Virus record (IMG/VR): IMGVR_UViG_3300020256_000017
Reading direction: 5' to 3' (one strand)
DNA length: 64,000 nucleotides
Source: an uncultured virus (IMG/VR IMGVR_UViG_3300020256_000017)
Taxonomy: Duplodnaviria > Heunggongvirae > Uroviricota > Caudoviricetes
Shown here: one piece after another, positions 40,657 through 50,904 of the stretch
How the letters are laid out: every line of letters starts with the position of its first letter
Position numbering within the stretch: position 1 is the stretch's first letter
The notes under the pieces: model-generated
What the model saw: the letters and a program-made list of their open reading frames with translations, nothing else
Told to the model about the DNA's origin: nothing
The model's database searches: none
Translations under genes and position numbers: made by a program

Positions 40657-41127
40657 TTAGTTATGGAAATATGTCGACAATGACTCATCAAGCTCATCGA
40701 ACAGTGCATCGAATGCGGCTTCGGTTATACGCCCTTCACGTAACGCCTTTCGTGCAGCAAGTAATTGGGACGCATGACTCAGCATATCGCTAACACCATG
40801 AAGCGGGATGCAGCGTTGCGTTGGCGCTGGGCTGGTTGGCGTTATGCCGTTATAGGTGTTAATGGTTAACGGAACACTGACACTATTGTTTGGGCCGCTA
40901 AATGTCTCGCAGTCTGAAGAAAGCATATTAATGCCTTCTCCGCAGGGGATAAAGTAGAGGTTAACTCCGTCATCTCTAATGTCGTTTAACAGCTCTTCTG
41001 CGTTGCAGTCAGGGTAGATTTTACCGTGGCGCTGAACGGCACTGTCCAATCCAGCCTGGGCGCTCTCAGGTGTGGTGCCTACGGCAATAAACTCAAAGTG
41101 TCGCGTTTCGTAAGTCGTGATATACAT
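40657..41127 (-). CDS. Hypothetical protein
   Basis: GGAG RBS. Confidence 0.65.
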   Translation of the reverse strand: MYITTYETRHFEFIAVGTTPESAQAGLDSAVQRHGKIYPDCNAEELLNDIRDDGVNLYFIPCGEGINMLSSDCETFSGPNNSVSVPLTINTYNGITPTSPAPTQRCIPLHGVSDMLSHASQLLAARKALREGRITEAAFDALFDELDESLSTYFHN

Positions 41128-41229
41128 AGCAAAGGCTCCGTAGGAGTCATGGCAATCACAGTGTGTCCTGTGTTGCCATGGTCTAGTTAAAAAGGCTGAC
41201 GATGGCTTGGTTCGTCTTGTCGCTGCTCG

Positions 41230-41721
41230 TTAGGAAGAGGTTTCTTCTGGCTCAACGAGAATAACACCTTTGCCGCTAACAGGACTGATCACACCTTCAT
41301 CGTCTCCGAGCCTTGATATGTATGCGCTGTCCACGCCAAACATGGCGTCAGTGCTGCGATCTTTGTAGATAACGATGTCGACGGGAAGTTGCGTGTCAGG
41401 ATCGGTGACCGTGACTTCTTTGACATACATGGCGGTATCAGACGATGTGGGCGGTATGTTCTTCTCTGTGAGGTAGTCGATGGTTTTAACCCAATCCACT
41501 TCTGCTGATGTCGTACTCATAATGACGTCGTAGATGCCGTAGTCCACATGACTATGGGCTTCCTTTAACCGGGCGATCAGCGTCGATGCTAAACGCTCAA
41601 AGACCTCGTCATCCCCCACTTGATCTGAGGTTAAGACAGGCACTCGGTTAACCAATACAGCTAATGATTTAACGTTGGCAAAAAATGCGCGAATGAGCGT
41701 AACGGTGACATGCTTATACAT
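41230..41721 (-). CDS. Hypothetical protein
   Basis: AAGGA RBS. Confidence 0.65.
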   Translation of the reverse strand: MYKHVTVTLIRAFFANVKSLAVLVNRVPVLTSDQVGDDEVFERLASTLIARLKEAHSHVDYGIYDVIMSTTSAEVDWVKTIDYLTEKNIPPTSSDTAMYVKEVTVTDPDTQLPVDIVIYKDRSTDAMFGVDSAYISRLGDDEGVISPVSGKGVILVEPEETSS

Positions 41722-41786
41722 GGCGTTTCCTTTATCAATGAGACAGTGAAGGCACCGAAGCGCCTAATCGCAGCGTAATGAAATGG

Positions 41787-42029
41787 CTACTTAAAGATAG
41801 CCAGCACGTCTGCGCTAAGAAACTCTGGTTTAACCAGAATGCTGGTGATTTCTTCGCTGATAGGGTCAACATTCAGCAAATAGAAGCCTTCTTCTTTTTG
41901 TCTAATGAACGTGTAGGTGTCCAAGCAAGCGAGCGTATCCGAGACCGTTACCGTACCGTGTAGGTCTTCCGTTTTCGCTTTTTTCATGCGACGGTTTTCG
42001 TTGAGTTCAAGTAAGCGAGATACTTTCAT
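41787..42029 (-). CDS. Hypothetical protein
   Basis: Cassette variant. Confidence 0.65.
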   Translation of the reverse strand: MKVSRLLELNENRRMKKAKTEDLHGTVTVSDTLACLDTYTFIRQKEEGFYLLNVDPISEEITSILVKPEFLSADVLAIFK

Positions 42030-42115
42030 GTGTGTGTTCCTGTTGTTGTGTTGACGGTTATTATGTTAACAACAAACACAGCCTGTGTCAACAAACACAG
42101 GCTATAAAATGATGG

Positions 42116-42742
42116 TTATCTGTCTTGTGCCGAACGGGCATTGCGAAGCGCATCCGTGACACTCTCAACATCAGATTGAAAGCGCTCTAGGGCGCGATAT
42201 TTCTCCGCAGCCTGTTTAACAGGCAACATGGTGTCGTCGGTCACTTCATCAAACTCTGCGTGAAGAAACTGCGCAATACGTGGTGGGAAAGCAATCAACA
42301 CTTCGTTTATAGCGTCAGTGCCAGACTCAATAACGTCTTCAAGGCGGTCGCACAAGCGATCCCAACGCTCAAACTCATCGACCGCAGCATGGTGCTCATC
42401 GCTGAGTAAATCCCACATGACGGCAAAGGGTGCATCGCTTCCCCAATCAGGGTGCGAAACGAGAGAGCCTTTAAATGTGATGGCTTCACCAAGCTCTATG
42501 GGAAGTAAGTCAGAATGCGGATAGTTGGCGTAAAGAAGCCCTCGCAGTGCGATAACGTCCGATGGCAGTGGTTTGTCATCGTTACACGTGACAGTTGCGT
42601 TGTCTCGTGCCTGTATGCTTCTGTAGCCTTCATGCTTAGTAAGAACATCAAGGACGGTGCTCTGTTTGACGTGTTTTGCGTTGTCTTTAGTTTGACAAGC
42701 AGTAACAATGGCAGTGGCAAGGTGGCGTAATGGGTTGCTCAT
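42116..42742 (-). CDS. L4-associated protein
   Basis: RBS GGAGAA; STVLDVLTKHEGYRSIQA. Confidence 0.75.
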   Translation of the reverse strand: MSNPLRHLATAIVTACQTKDNAKHVKQSTVLDVLTKHEGYRSIQARDNATVTCNDDKPLPSDVIALRGLLYANYPHSDLLPIELGEAITFKGSLVSHPDWGSDAPFAVMWDLLSDEHHAAVDEFERWDRLCDRLEDVIESGTDAINEVLIAFPPRIAQFLHAEFDEVTDDTMLPVKQAAEKYRALERFQSDVESVTDALRNARSAQDR

Positions 42743-42940
42743 AATAGCGTTCTCCGAATGTGAATGTTCAAGCCCTACCAATTAACCTTGAAGCCTCACG
42801 CGGTAAACGATTATAAACGTAAGTGTGCATTCAATGGTGCAAGAGTGGCCGGTTTGTATAAAACAAACACCCAAAGGGCGGTAGGCGGCGTGTGCTGCAA
42901 CACACATTTCGGTCATTGCGTCGTAACGCTCTCGAAACTT
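42743..42940 (-). ncRNA. Pseudoknot leader RNA L4
   Basis: Promoter TTGACT at 42973; CCTACC (42885-42880) complementary to GGTAGG (42779-42774) in hairpin TTCAAG/CTTGAA. Confidence 0.6.
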
Positions 42941-42989
42941 AGTTAATAATACCAGTTCGGAGATATAAGTCAATACAAAAAATGGGGGG

Positions 42990-43619
42990 TTATGCGCATT
43001 CTGCATAAACGTTAAGTAGCGACTTCACGTTCAGTTCGTCGAATACTAGACGGTCTTTTTCTTTGCTGTAGTAATAAATAATAGCGTTGAGCAACTCTTC
43101 ACTTGAAGGCTGATAACAACGCAGCCAGTAGTGTCTGCCTTCATGCTTTTCTTTAATAAAGCCAAGTAACGGCATAATGGTGCGGTGATCAACCAGTGTG
43201 CTATGATAGAATGGGCGCTCACCAGACGCTTCAAGCAAAATGCGTTTTACCTCGGTGAGGTGAATGCGCTCGCCAGGTGATGAAAAGTCGAACCAATTAA
43301 GATAATAACGAGACCAAAGGCGCACATTCTCTTTTCGCTTGGAGTCCGGCGCTTTGCCAACTTGGATATTATAAAGCCCTGCATCCTTTAATTCATTAAG
43401 GATATAAGTCTCGTACTCCGTCGCGGTTTTGTTGGTGAGGTTCTCAAAGACCTTAATCACAACAATATCACGACCTTGGAAGTGGTCCTCGTTGAGCTTA
43501 TAGCAACTACTCTTACCACTATTGCAATGCAAATATCGGTTACCTTTGCCTTTGCCGACATAACGCAACACATCATCGACATAGGCAGCGTAAACGTAGT
43601 AAGAGTGGTTACTGCTCAT
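42990..43619 (-). CDS. GIY-YIG-like nuclease domain protein
   Basis: YVY..YVGKG..R..H..E..YN. Confidence 0.65.
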   Translation of the reverse strand: MSSNHSYYVYAAYVDDVLRYVGKGKGNRYLHCNSGKSSCYKLNEDHFQGRDIVVIKVFENLTNKTATEYETYILNELKDAGLYNIQVGKAPDSKRKENVRLWSRYYLNWFDFSSPGERIHLTEVKRILLEASGERPFYHSTLVDHRTIMPLLGFIKEKHEGRHYWLRCYQPSSEELLNAIIYYYSKEKDRLVFDELNVKSLLNVYAECA

Positions 43620-43654
43620 TATTTTCCCGCTTTCATGCTTTTGGCTAATTGAAA

Positions 43655-44008
43655 TTACGCGTCAGACTTGACGGTGTCGGCCAGCGTTTGCAGTACGGTT
43701 GCACCTATACCGCGTGCTGTTTTACAGCCAACATCTGTCATGTAGCGCCCATCAACGCCTTTCTTTAGTCCAAGTGTTTGTGCAATGGCGTTGCCCACGC
43801 TTTCTTGCGCTGACGCGCTTGCTTCATCGCCTGAGTCGTCCATCATTAATACGGCTGAGATAGCATCCAATTGTGTTGGCGAAACACTAAGCTGGTGCGT
43901 TTTACCGGATACGGCACCATACAGTTGAACAGAAGGCTTAAGGCCGTCGCCGTTTTGGTTTTCTAGGCGTGACAGTTGGGTTTTGATGTAGCTTGACTTT
44001 TGCGTCAT
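43655..44008 (-). CDS. Hypothetical protein
   Basis: AAGGA RBS. Confidence 0.65.
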   Translation of the reverse strand: MTQKSSYIKTQLSRLENQNGDGLKPSVQLYGAVSGKTHQLSVSPTQLDAISAVLMMDDSGDEASASAQESVGNAIAQTLGLKKGVDGRYMTDVGCKTARGIGATVLQTLADTVKSDA

Positions 44009-44071
44009 TGCAATTCCTTATTAGACCGCTGCTCGCGGCCCTGTGGTTTAATCAAAAAAGAAAAATGGTGC

Positions 44072-44668
44072 CTATGCGTTTACGGACTTGCGCACTAACT
44101 CGTGATATTGTGCATCAATGTCATTGAGCATCCCGTTAGTCTCAATGTCATGGCCTTCGTAGCCAGAACGTTCGCAAATCATTGTGCCGTCATCATCGAC
44201 CAGAATAAAGCCAAAAATGTCTTCCGAAATAAAGGCGTTATACGCTTTCACCTCGGCTTTCATGTGTGCTTTAGCTTGATTGCAGTGATGGGCTTCACTG
44301 CCGCCATAATAGGTATCCATGTCGCTGTGCGTCATGTAAATGACTCCGACCTGTCCGCTATCAAAAGCGCATGAGAACGGGATCGTTGACATGGTGATGC
44401 CAGAGTGGTCGTAAAGATGCAGTTCCAAGTAGACGGCAATAATGCCTAAACCTTGAGCCAGTCGAAACAATGATGCAGGATCTTGGCGGTCAAAGTCGGC
44501 AGATACTGAATCAAAATCAGGATGCCCAGAAATCATATCTGAAAGATCACCAGACGCATCAACATCGCCTAATGTATAGCGACGATGTTTGCACAGCATT
44601 CGGCCTTTGTTCTCAGCTTCGCGTGGGTTCAGTGCATCGGTTTCTTGGTAAATAGTAAATGTTGGCAT
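44072..44668 (-). CDS. Conserved mobile-element hypothetical protein
   Basis: LYDHSGITMST..FSC.FDSGQVG.IY motif recalled from phage/ICE proteins; cassette-driven. Confidence 0.7.
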   Translation of the reverse strand: MPTFTIYQETDALNPREAENKGRMLCKHRRYTLGDVDASGDLSDMISGHPDFDSVSADFDRQDPASLFRLAQGLGIIAVYLELHLYDHSGITMSTIPFSCAFDSGQVGVIYMTHSDMDTYYGGSEAHHCNQAKAHMKAEVKAYNAFISEDIFGFILVDDDGTMICERSGYEGHDIETNGMLNDIDAQYHELVRKSVNA

Positions 44669-44738
44669 GAGTGCCGCTCCATGTTGTGTTGACAAATTAA
44701 GTATCTCAAAACATGTGGGCGTTGTCAATGTTTTGGTG

Positions 44739-44936
44739 TCACGTCACAGCGACGAGCCGTTCATTGGCAATATTAAATTGAGGTTTCATGGGTGCATCGT
44801 TGAATCGAACCATCGTTTTTCCATACGAGTAGCTGTCACATGATACCGTGCCAACATGTCCTTCTAGGGCTTTCAAGTGAGCGTTCATTGAGCCGTGCGC
44901 CTTGATAAAACGCACCTTTTCACCTTCTTTAAACAT
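44739..44936 (-). CDS. Small SH3/KOW-like protein
   Basis: FKEGEKVRF..G.V..V.F pattern. Confidence 0.55.
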   Translation of the reverse strand: MFKEGEKVRFIKAHGSMNAHLKALEGHVGTVSCDSYSYGKTMVRFNDAPMKPQFNIANERLVAVT

Positions 44937-44988
44937 GATAAGTTTCCTTTTAAGAGATGTGGCGAAAGCACGCGCTCTCGCCATATCA

Positions 44989-45408
44989 TTACCAATTTTT
45001 AAAGTCTTCTGCGAGCTCACCGTCAAGGTTGGCGGCAACCGTTGCTTTCACAATGTCTCGGATGGCGTCAATCCGCGCTTTACTGAGACTGAGATCAAGC
45101 GTCCATGTCTCCATGAGTCCAGAAGCGAAGCTGCACGGTGATTCTGCGTCAAGCAATGAATCAACATGATCACCGTTACCGTTCTCATCATATAAATCGC
45201 TAGACAGCATCATACATGAAGCATTTTGATGCGTATACAGCGCCGTTTTTACAATGATGTAACTGTCTGGATAGCTCGATGTGGCGATGTCATAGAAAGG
45301 CAAGTTGAGGTCCTCAATATCATCGTAAGACGCCCCAAGTTTCGCCGCTATTTCAGGCAGCGGTGCCGGTGTGATTTTTGATGACAAAACACGATCTAAG
45401 AGACTCAT
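44989..45408 (-). CDS. Hypothetical protein
   Basis: ATGA overlap. Confidence 0.65.
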   Translation of the reverse strand: MSLLDRVLSSKITPAPLPEIAAKLGASYDDIEDLNLPFYDIATSSYPDSYIIVKTALYTHQNASCMMLSSDLYDENGNGDHVDSLLDAESPCSFASGLMETWTLDLSLSKARIDAIRDIVKATVAANLDGELAEDFKNW

Positions 45409-45830
45409 AGCAGGCGCACCCCATCAAGTTGCAAAATACCTAAACCGCTTAATCCTGCTTCAGCGAGGACAGCCTTAGAGCCATCAATGTCGGTCTCAAC
45501 AATTTCAACTTGAATAAAGCCGTTTCCGTCAGTGCATGAAGGCAACCCTTTCCAACTTGCTACAACACTGCAATCGTGGAAATTAACGGTCGCTGTTTGC
45601 TCGTCGTCATTTTTTTGGATGGTGGGTGTTGGCTTATCTTCAAAAACAACATCAACGGTCAAGTTCAGTGGCTTGTAGGCGCTTTTGACGACAATTGACG
45701 CGGAGCCATCTTCGTCTTCTTCATACAGCACATTAAGGCTGACGTTACCAACGCGTAGCGCAAATGACAGCTCATAACCAAGTACGGCTTGCTTGTCGTC
45801 GTTTTTATAAATAGGGGTATGTGAAAGCAT
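45405..45830 (-). CDS. Hypothetical protein
   Basis: Cassette-driven; start corrected. Confidence 0.7.
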   Translation of the reverse strand: MLSHTPIYKNDDKQAVLGYELSFALRVGNVSLNVLYEEDEDGSASIVVKSAYKPLNLTVDVVFEDKPTPTIQKNDDEQTATVNFHDCSVVASWKGLPSCTDGNGFIQVEIVETDIDGSKAVLAEAGLSGLGILQLDGVRLL

Positions 45831-45900
45831 GTGTATTCCTTGTTGTGTTGACAATGTCAGTGTCTCAAATTCTGTGAGTGATGTCAACATGTCAATGTGG

Positions 45901-46245
45901 TTAGCCAAGCATCGTCAGCGCTAACGTGGTTTCCCGTGCGCTACCAAATTGATGAACGTGCGCTTTGAGATTAAGTACAAGGTGGTAGTGTTGTTGTAAC
46001 GCCGATATACGTGTCATGTCGCCAACGACGCGCGCTTGAAGGTGCTCTATCTCCACCTGTGTTTGCTTAAGCTCAGAGGCGAGTAATGCCACGTTCTCGA
46101 TGATGTTGCACAATGAGCCCGTGTCATGCTGTGGGTGAGCATATCGCTTATACAGGCGACGTATACTCGACAATGGGATGTAATAGGCTGGGATGACAAT
46201 GGTGTCGACCCGGGCCTTATCTTGTTTGCGATGAATTGAGTTCAT
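45901..46245 (-). CDS. Hypothetical protein
   Basis: ORF. Confidence 0.5.
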   Translation of the reverse strand: MNSIHRKQDKARVDTIVIPAYYIPLSSIRRLYKRYAHPQHDTGSLCNIIENVALLASELKQTQVEIEHLQARVVGDMTRISALQQHYHLVLNLKAHVHQFGSARETTLALTMLG

Positions 46246-46288
46246 TTGTCGTGGCTATCGCTGTCGGAACCAGCAATCACTCATTAAA

Positions 46289-46546
46289 CTAATCATCGTC
46301 ATCATCATTAGGGTTTTCCATGCCCATGATTTCAATGGCGTGGTACATCACGGTGTTTAGCATCGCGTCCTCACCTGCATCACGTTCCATTTTAAGCGCT
46401 TCGAGGGCGTGTTCCACATCGTCACCGATCTCAAATGGCAAGTTGTCACGTTTGCAGAAGCTTTCATATTCCTCAAGCGCACGTTCAACGCAATCTTCCG
46501 TAAAGTACTGCTCGTAGTAGCTCGACTTAAATAGTGTATCTGACAT
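46289..46546 (-). CDS. Very acidic small protein
   Basis: GAGG RBS. Confidence 0.65.
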   Translation of the reverse strand: MSDTLFKSSYYEQYFTEDCVERALEEYESFCKRDNLPFEIGDDVEHALEALKMERDAGEDAMLNTVMYHAIEIMGMENPNDDDDD

Positions 46547-46589
46547 AAGAAGTCCTCTTGAGAGCGGCCGATGTGCCGCCCTCCATTAA

Positions 46590-47090
46590 TTAAAGATAGG
46601 CTTGAACGATATACTTCGCTGAGCGAATGTGTTGGCAAACGAACGCGCTAAGCTCAGTGATTGCGTCTTGATAGTCAGGCGCAACAAGTGAAGTGTCTTT
46701 GAATCGCTCAAGCTCAGAAAACACGGTGCGAAAACGAATGTCTTGTTCAATGAGAAGGTCAAACTCCTCTTCTTCCGTATATGCTGGTGGATTCGGGTCG
46801 GTCACAATTCGCGCTTCGCTAATGCCAGTAAGCAGGCGACTCTGGTCGCGGTAACCCACGGCATCCTCGGCCGCCATCAGGGCGTCGCGGAATGACAGCA
46901 TATTAGTGATCGCAGTGCGGTGTGCGGTGATACACGTTTCACTCAGCAAGTCGCTTTTCGACAGATTCGTTGCCAGTATGGTAGCAATCTTATCTAACGC
47001 GACAACCTGCTCGCTGACGACACGCAAAGGCAATGCGAAGCTATCTTGTATCGCTACCGGGTGCTCTGCCGGATAAACAGATGTTGGCAT
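46590..47090 (-). CDS. Hypothetical protein
   Basis: Cassette variant plus AGGAG. Confidence 0.7.
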   Translation of the reverse strand: MPTSVYPAEHPVAIQDSFALPLRVVSEQVVALDKIATILATNLSKSDLLSETCITAHRTAITNMLSFRDALMAAEDAVGYRDQSRLLTGISEARIVTDPNPPAYTEEEEFDLLIEQDIRFRTVFSELERFKDTSLVAPDYQDAITELSAFVCQHIRSAKYIVQAYL

Positions 47091-47153
47091 GAAGTTTCTC
47101 CTGTTGTGTTGACGTTTTTATTGTCTCAAAAAGAGAGGCTAAATGCAATCTTT

Positions 47154-47816
47154 TTATGCTTTTGAGGCGTCGCCATCAAGGATGTTTTCTGGCGTGTCCT
47201 TATATATTTCAGTTAACACTTTGTGGCGATAATAGCGCGCCATAATCAATGCTGACGCGTAACTTACCATGACGACGGTAAGGTGGACGTCAAAGATCAC
47301 AAAGCAGGCACCTACCGCCGCACCTATTGCGGTATAGAGCATATCAAGCTTTGATTTAAGTAACGAATAGTCAGCGCAACCTGCGGTAACAATGCTGGTG
47401 GTTTGGTTGAGTATGGGCGACATAATAATATTTGAAGAATACGTAACAATTGTCGCAATCGGCAATATCACGTGAGGAAAAACGTCATAGATTGTAAGCA
47501 TATAGAAAACAAAAGCGAGCACCTCAAAACCAATAGCGATATGAAAGGTTCTCATAGGATGCTCTTTAGCCATTTTCCCTAAGGCAGGAATAAAAATAGC
47601 AAGGCCAAGTACTGACAGTGCATAGTTTTTGAGTACTAGTCCATCTGCATTAAATAAATCAACGTACAACATAACAATTGCTGCACCCAGCAGGGCGTTG
47701 ACAAACAGCAGATAGAAAGACATGATTTGTTGATTGCGGCGAAGCGGCGACAATGCCGCCACCTCTTTTATTAAATTCACGCGCGTTGTTCTCTCTGTTT
47801 TTGTTTCTCGAACCAA
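47154..47816 (-). CDS. Multi-pass membrane protein (half-MFS-like)
   Basis: About six hydrophobic helices. Confidence 0.65.
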   Translation of the reverse strand: MVRETKTERTTRVNLIKEVAALSPLRRNQQIMSFYLLFVNALLGAAIVMLYVDLFNADGLVLKNYALSVLGLAIFIPALGKMAKEHPMRTFHIAIGFEVLAFVFYMLTIYDVFPHVILPIATIVTYSSNIIMSPILNQTTSIVTAGCADYSLLKSKLDMLYTAIGAAVGACFVIFDVHLTVVMVSYASALIMARYYRHKVLTEIYKDTPENILDGDASKA

Positions 47817-48706
47817 CGATGACCCAGTGTCAACGCTTGTAAAGCCAGCTCCCTCTCGGCGTCACGTGATGCTTCATCAGGAGAGCACACGTCATCATCA
47901 CCTAACCGAACGTTTTCGCGTAAGTAATCTGACATTATGTCGTTGAATAAGTCAAAAACATAATGGCCATTGTTGCACGGCTCACTGGATGTGACAGATT
48001 CAATGTCGTCGCCATCAAGCTCAACAGAAACAAACTCATCGTCAAATTCAGCATACTCATTGTTTTTAACTTCCCAAAGAACATTGATGCTGTGGCCACC
48101 AAAAAGGAAAGAGACCTTAACCTCATAGGCATCACTGCCTGAACGGCTAAACATGGGGGCGTCTAGGTCTTTAATGCGGAATTTAAACGACGATTTGTGT
48201 TCAATAAGTTTGTCGCGGTAGTAAGCACACAGGGCTGCATTGCTTGTCCATGGTGAAAGCGCATCTCCTTTTACAGCAGCTGCATCACCAGCATTGTCGG
48301 TTAACAATTTAAGTAGCTTATTGTAAGCGCGTTCAGATTCTCGCTCATAATGTTGCATGTCGTTGATCAGACTCAATGCGTTTTTCAACATACCCTTCGC
48401 CGCATTAAAATCATTGTGCGTGGGCGAGAGTGGCGCATCTGCATCGCGCTTCAAAAGGGCATAATTCTGACCGGTAAGGATCGTTGCCAATGTTTCTTGC
48501 GCGCGCTTTCTGTCCATGGGTGTATCTTCAAGCGTAAGCGTATCGAGTTGATGGCGTAGCGTATCCAGTTGTGTTTTGTCCTCATCATTGGCTTTGTAGG
48601 CCATCTGCTTAATGGCAGCGGAAACACGATCGCGTGAGGTATGAAGCGTCATGCTGTTACGTAGACGTGTAAGGGCCGCATTGATAAATGAAGTAGTGAA
48701 TTTCAT
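47777..48706 (-). CDS. L5-associated protein
   Basis: RAQETLATILTGQNYALL. Confidence 0.75.
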   Translation of the reverse strand: MKFTTSFINAALTRLRNSMTLHTSRDRVSAAIKQMAYKANDEDKTQLDTLRHQLDTLTLEDTPMDRKRAQETLATILTGQNYALLKRDADAPLSPTHNDFNAAKGMLKNALSLINDMQHYERESERAYNKLLKLLTDNAGDAAAVKGDALSPWTSNAALCAYYRDKLIEHKSSFKFRIKDLDAPMFSRSGSDAYEVKVSFLFGGHSINVLWEVKNNEYAEFDDEFVSVELDGDDIESVTSSEPCNNGHYVFDLFNDIMSDYLRENVRLGDDDVCSPDEASRDAERELALQALTLGHRWFEKQKQREQRA

Positions 48707-48875
48707 GATTGTACTGTTTCCGTTTTCGGTTCAGTTTAACAGCTCGTTCCTCCCTTGCGCCTGTTATTGGAGAACCGCTGGTGACAGTAGTTTCAATAAA
48801 AATCAGGTCGGTGTAACTTGCTAATATGGGCCTTACCCGTTAGGGCGGAGGAGGCAGTCGCTATTAGCGGCGACA
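48707..48875 (-). ncRNA. Pseudoknot leader RNA L5
   Basis: Promoter TTGCAT-17-TAATAT at 48909; TCCTCC (48852-48847) complementary to GGAGGA (48753-48748) in hairpin TAACAG/CTGTTA. Confidence 0.6.
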
Positions 48876-48916
48876 GTTAAATATTAACAAAATACAGGTA
48901 GCAATGCAACTATTAT

Positions 48917-49633
48917 TTATGGTTTTGAGCGATAGAAAGGAACGCGATTGTTCATGATGCGAAGTTCTGCAATGTTCGCTTCTTTTATCGCTGACTGGCA
49001 GCCACCACAGGCATAGAGGTGACCAGAGAGGTACAGGATGCTGCCTTTTGCTTTATTTCCCGCCGCACGAAGCGCATTAACCTCTGCGTGCCCGTCCTGC
49101 TGGCACACGCTTTGACAAAGTTCGTATCCTTCGCCGGATTTCATGCCCTGCACCTCACGAGGGCATACCTTTTGAGGGTTGCGGCAAAGGTTTGTGCCGG
49201 TAAAAGATTCGCCATCTGGGGTTACCACGGTGGCATAGACGTTTTGTTTAACGCAAGGGCCACCAGCGCTATGAAGCTTAGTTATCCCAATACCATGTTC
49301 AAAGTAAGTGACGAAAAAGCCGGTTGCGTCGTGAAAGAAGTCCGCCACATCTTTGCGATAGAGTGTTAAGTGATTCCTTTTTACATTAACAGTCGTTTTT
49401 ATTGTATCAATAATGCCATCAGGCACCATGTCGGCACGCCTAAGAAAGATGTGGTTTTCTTGGTTGTTCTTTTGAAGGCTGTTGGCGATAACATATGTCA
49501 TGCCCAAATCATGAAGCCCTGAGTGCATGATGAGATTGTCGTCAACAAAAGAAATTCCTTTACCGTCAATAATGCAAGAGGCATCATGGTAGCTTACCTG
49601 TAACTCTGGCATTGGGTGGTGAGAGCATGTCAT
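48917..49633 (-). CDS. dCMP/cytidine deaminase-like protein with N-terminal extension
   Basis: HAEVNAL and CGGC zinc motif; C..Q.V N-terminal deaminase motif. Confidence 0.8.
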   Translation of the reverse strand: MTCSHHPMPELQVSYHDASCIIDGKGISFVDDNLIMHSGLHDLGMTYVIANSLQKNNQENHIFLRRADMVPDGIIDTIKTTVNVKRNHLTLYRKDVADFFHDATGFFVTYFEHGIGITKLHSAGGPCVKQNVYATVVTPDGESFTGTNLCRNPQKVCPREVQGMKSGEGYELCQSVCQQDGHAEVNALRAAGNKAKGSILYLSGHLYACGGCQSAIKEANIAELRIMNNRVPFYRSKP

Positions 49634-49705
49634 AAATGATTACCTACGTTGTGTTGACAATAGCCATTGTCTCACAGGCAGTGTAGGTAGTCAATCACCT
49701 CTAAA

Positions 49706-49768
49706 GTGAACTACCCAGCGACATCGCTTCGCTCTGTTCACGGGGTTTTCTCGACGATTTTCGATAAA
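49706..49768 (+). mobile_element. Possible IS200/IS605 miniature end remnant (PATE-like)
   Basis: GTGAACTACCC..GGGGTTTTCTCGACGATTTTCGATAAA resembles fused IS605-type ends; start resembles the iscB element end GTCAACTACCC. Confidence 0.35.
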
Positions 49769-49815
49769 GAACACAAGCGCCACCAGGTTGCCGGTGGCGT
49801 TTTTTTATGAACAAA

Positions 49816-50628
49816 TTAACGTTTTTCTATTTTACCGGATGCTAAAAACATCTGTTGGCATGCGATGTCACCGCAATTTAACGTCAAGTCGCACACCGGC
49901 GACAATGTTCGAATTAGCTCATGGCCAATCCCGTTGACGAGAAAGGGGATAATGGGTTCGTCACCTTCATCAAACGTAGAGGTTGTTAATCCAGTTAACG
50001 AGGAGAATAATTTGCCGCCCTCATGAAGTGAGATGCTTGTCGCTTGACCAAATCCCATTTCCATCTCGCTACTAAAGTATTCGGTGATGTCATTTTGCGT
50101 CTCAAGTTCTACTTCGTATCCAATATCACAGGCAGAGAGATCAGCATCATCAAACAATGCTAATGTTGCATCAACGATAAGTTTACCGAAGGCCCTAGAG
50201 TATTCAACGTTGATAATAACGCCAAGATAGCAGGTGGTTTTTTCAGGATCGTCGGTGTATCCCGTCGTTTTTATGGTTAATAATGGAAGGTTCATAAACC
50301 AGCTAGGGGCTGGGTCGCTACCTGAAATCACTCTACCCACTTCGCCAACACGCGCAACACGCGACATCATGGGGCTAAGTAGTGTGCTGATGAAGGTTGC
50401 AGGATCGTCAAAATTGTCGCTGACTTTTTCATCAAGTAACGCTGATAGCTTGTTTGCGTTTGATGTGCCCATCATGTCAGCGAAATAAGCGAACAATTTG
50501 GCGGGTTTTTGGGTGTTTCCGAAGTGCTTGGCGTTCACGTCATTCATGTGCTGACGCAATGCCTTTGCATCATCTTTAGTGCGCAGAGCATTAACAAGCG
50601 TGGTGAAAAATAACTTAGGTGTATTCAT
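49816..50628 (-). CDS. L6-associated protein
   Basis: RBS GGAGAA; LFAYFADMMGTSNANKL. Confidence 0.75.
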   Translation of the reverse strand: MNTPKLFFTTLVNALRTKDDAKALRQHMNDVNAKHFGNTQKPAKLFAYFADMMGTSNANKLSALLDEKVSDNFDDPATFISTLLSPMMSRVARVGEVGRVISGSDPAPSWFMNLPLLTIKTTGYTDDPEKTTCYLGVIINVEYSRAFGKLIVDATLALFDDADLSACDIGYEVELETQNDITEYFSSEMEMGFGQATSISLHEGGKLFSSLTGLTTSTFDEGDEPIIPFLVNGIGHELIRTLSPVCDLTLNCGDIACQQMFLASGKIEKR

Positions 50629-50810
50629 ACATCATTCTCCGTATTGCGTGTCTGTTTCTTGCCTTCCCGGGGTGATGACACGCTACAGTTCATAATGTAA
50701 ACGTGGATTGCTAAATGATAGCGTAAAGTTCATCGTTAATGATATTTGCAAGCGCATGGCGCCGGAAGGCTGCTAGGTTCTCACCTGTGTTTGCCGCACA
50801 TCACTGTGAA
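50629..50810 (-). ncRNA. Pseudoknot leader RNA L6
   Basis: GCCTTCC (50770-50764) complementary to GGAAGGC (50667-50661) in hairpin GCGTGTC/GACACGC. Confidence 0.6.
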
Positions 50811-50904
50811 GCATTTTAATTTTGGCAGTATTGAACATGAAAGTAATAAAAAAACGCCTAAAATGGCGCTTTTGGTTAACGAAATATTGTGAGGTTTAAG
50901 GAGC

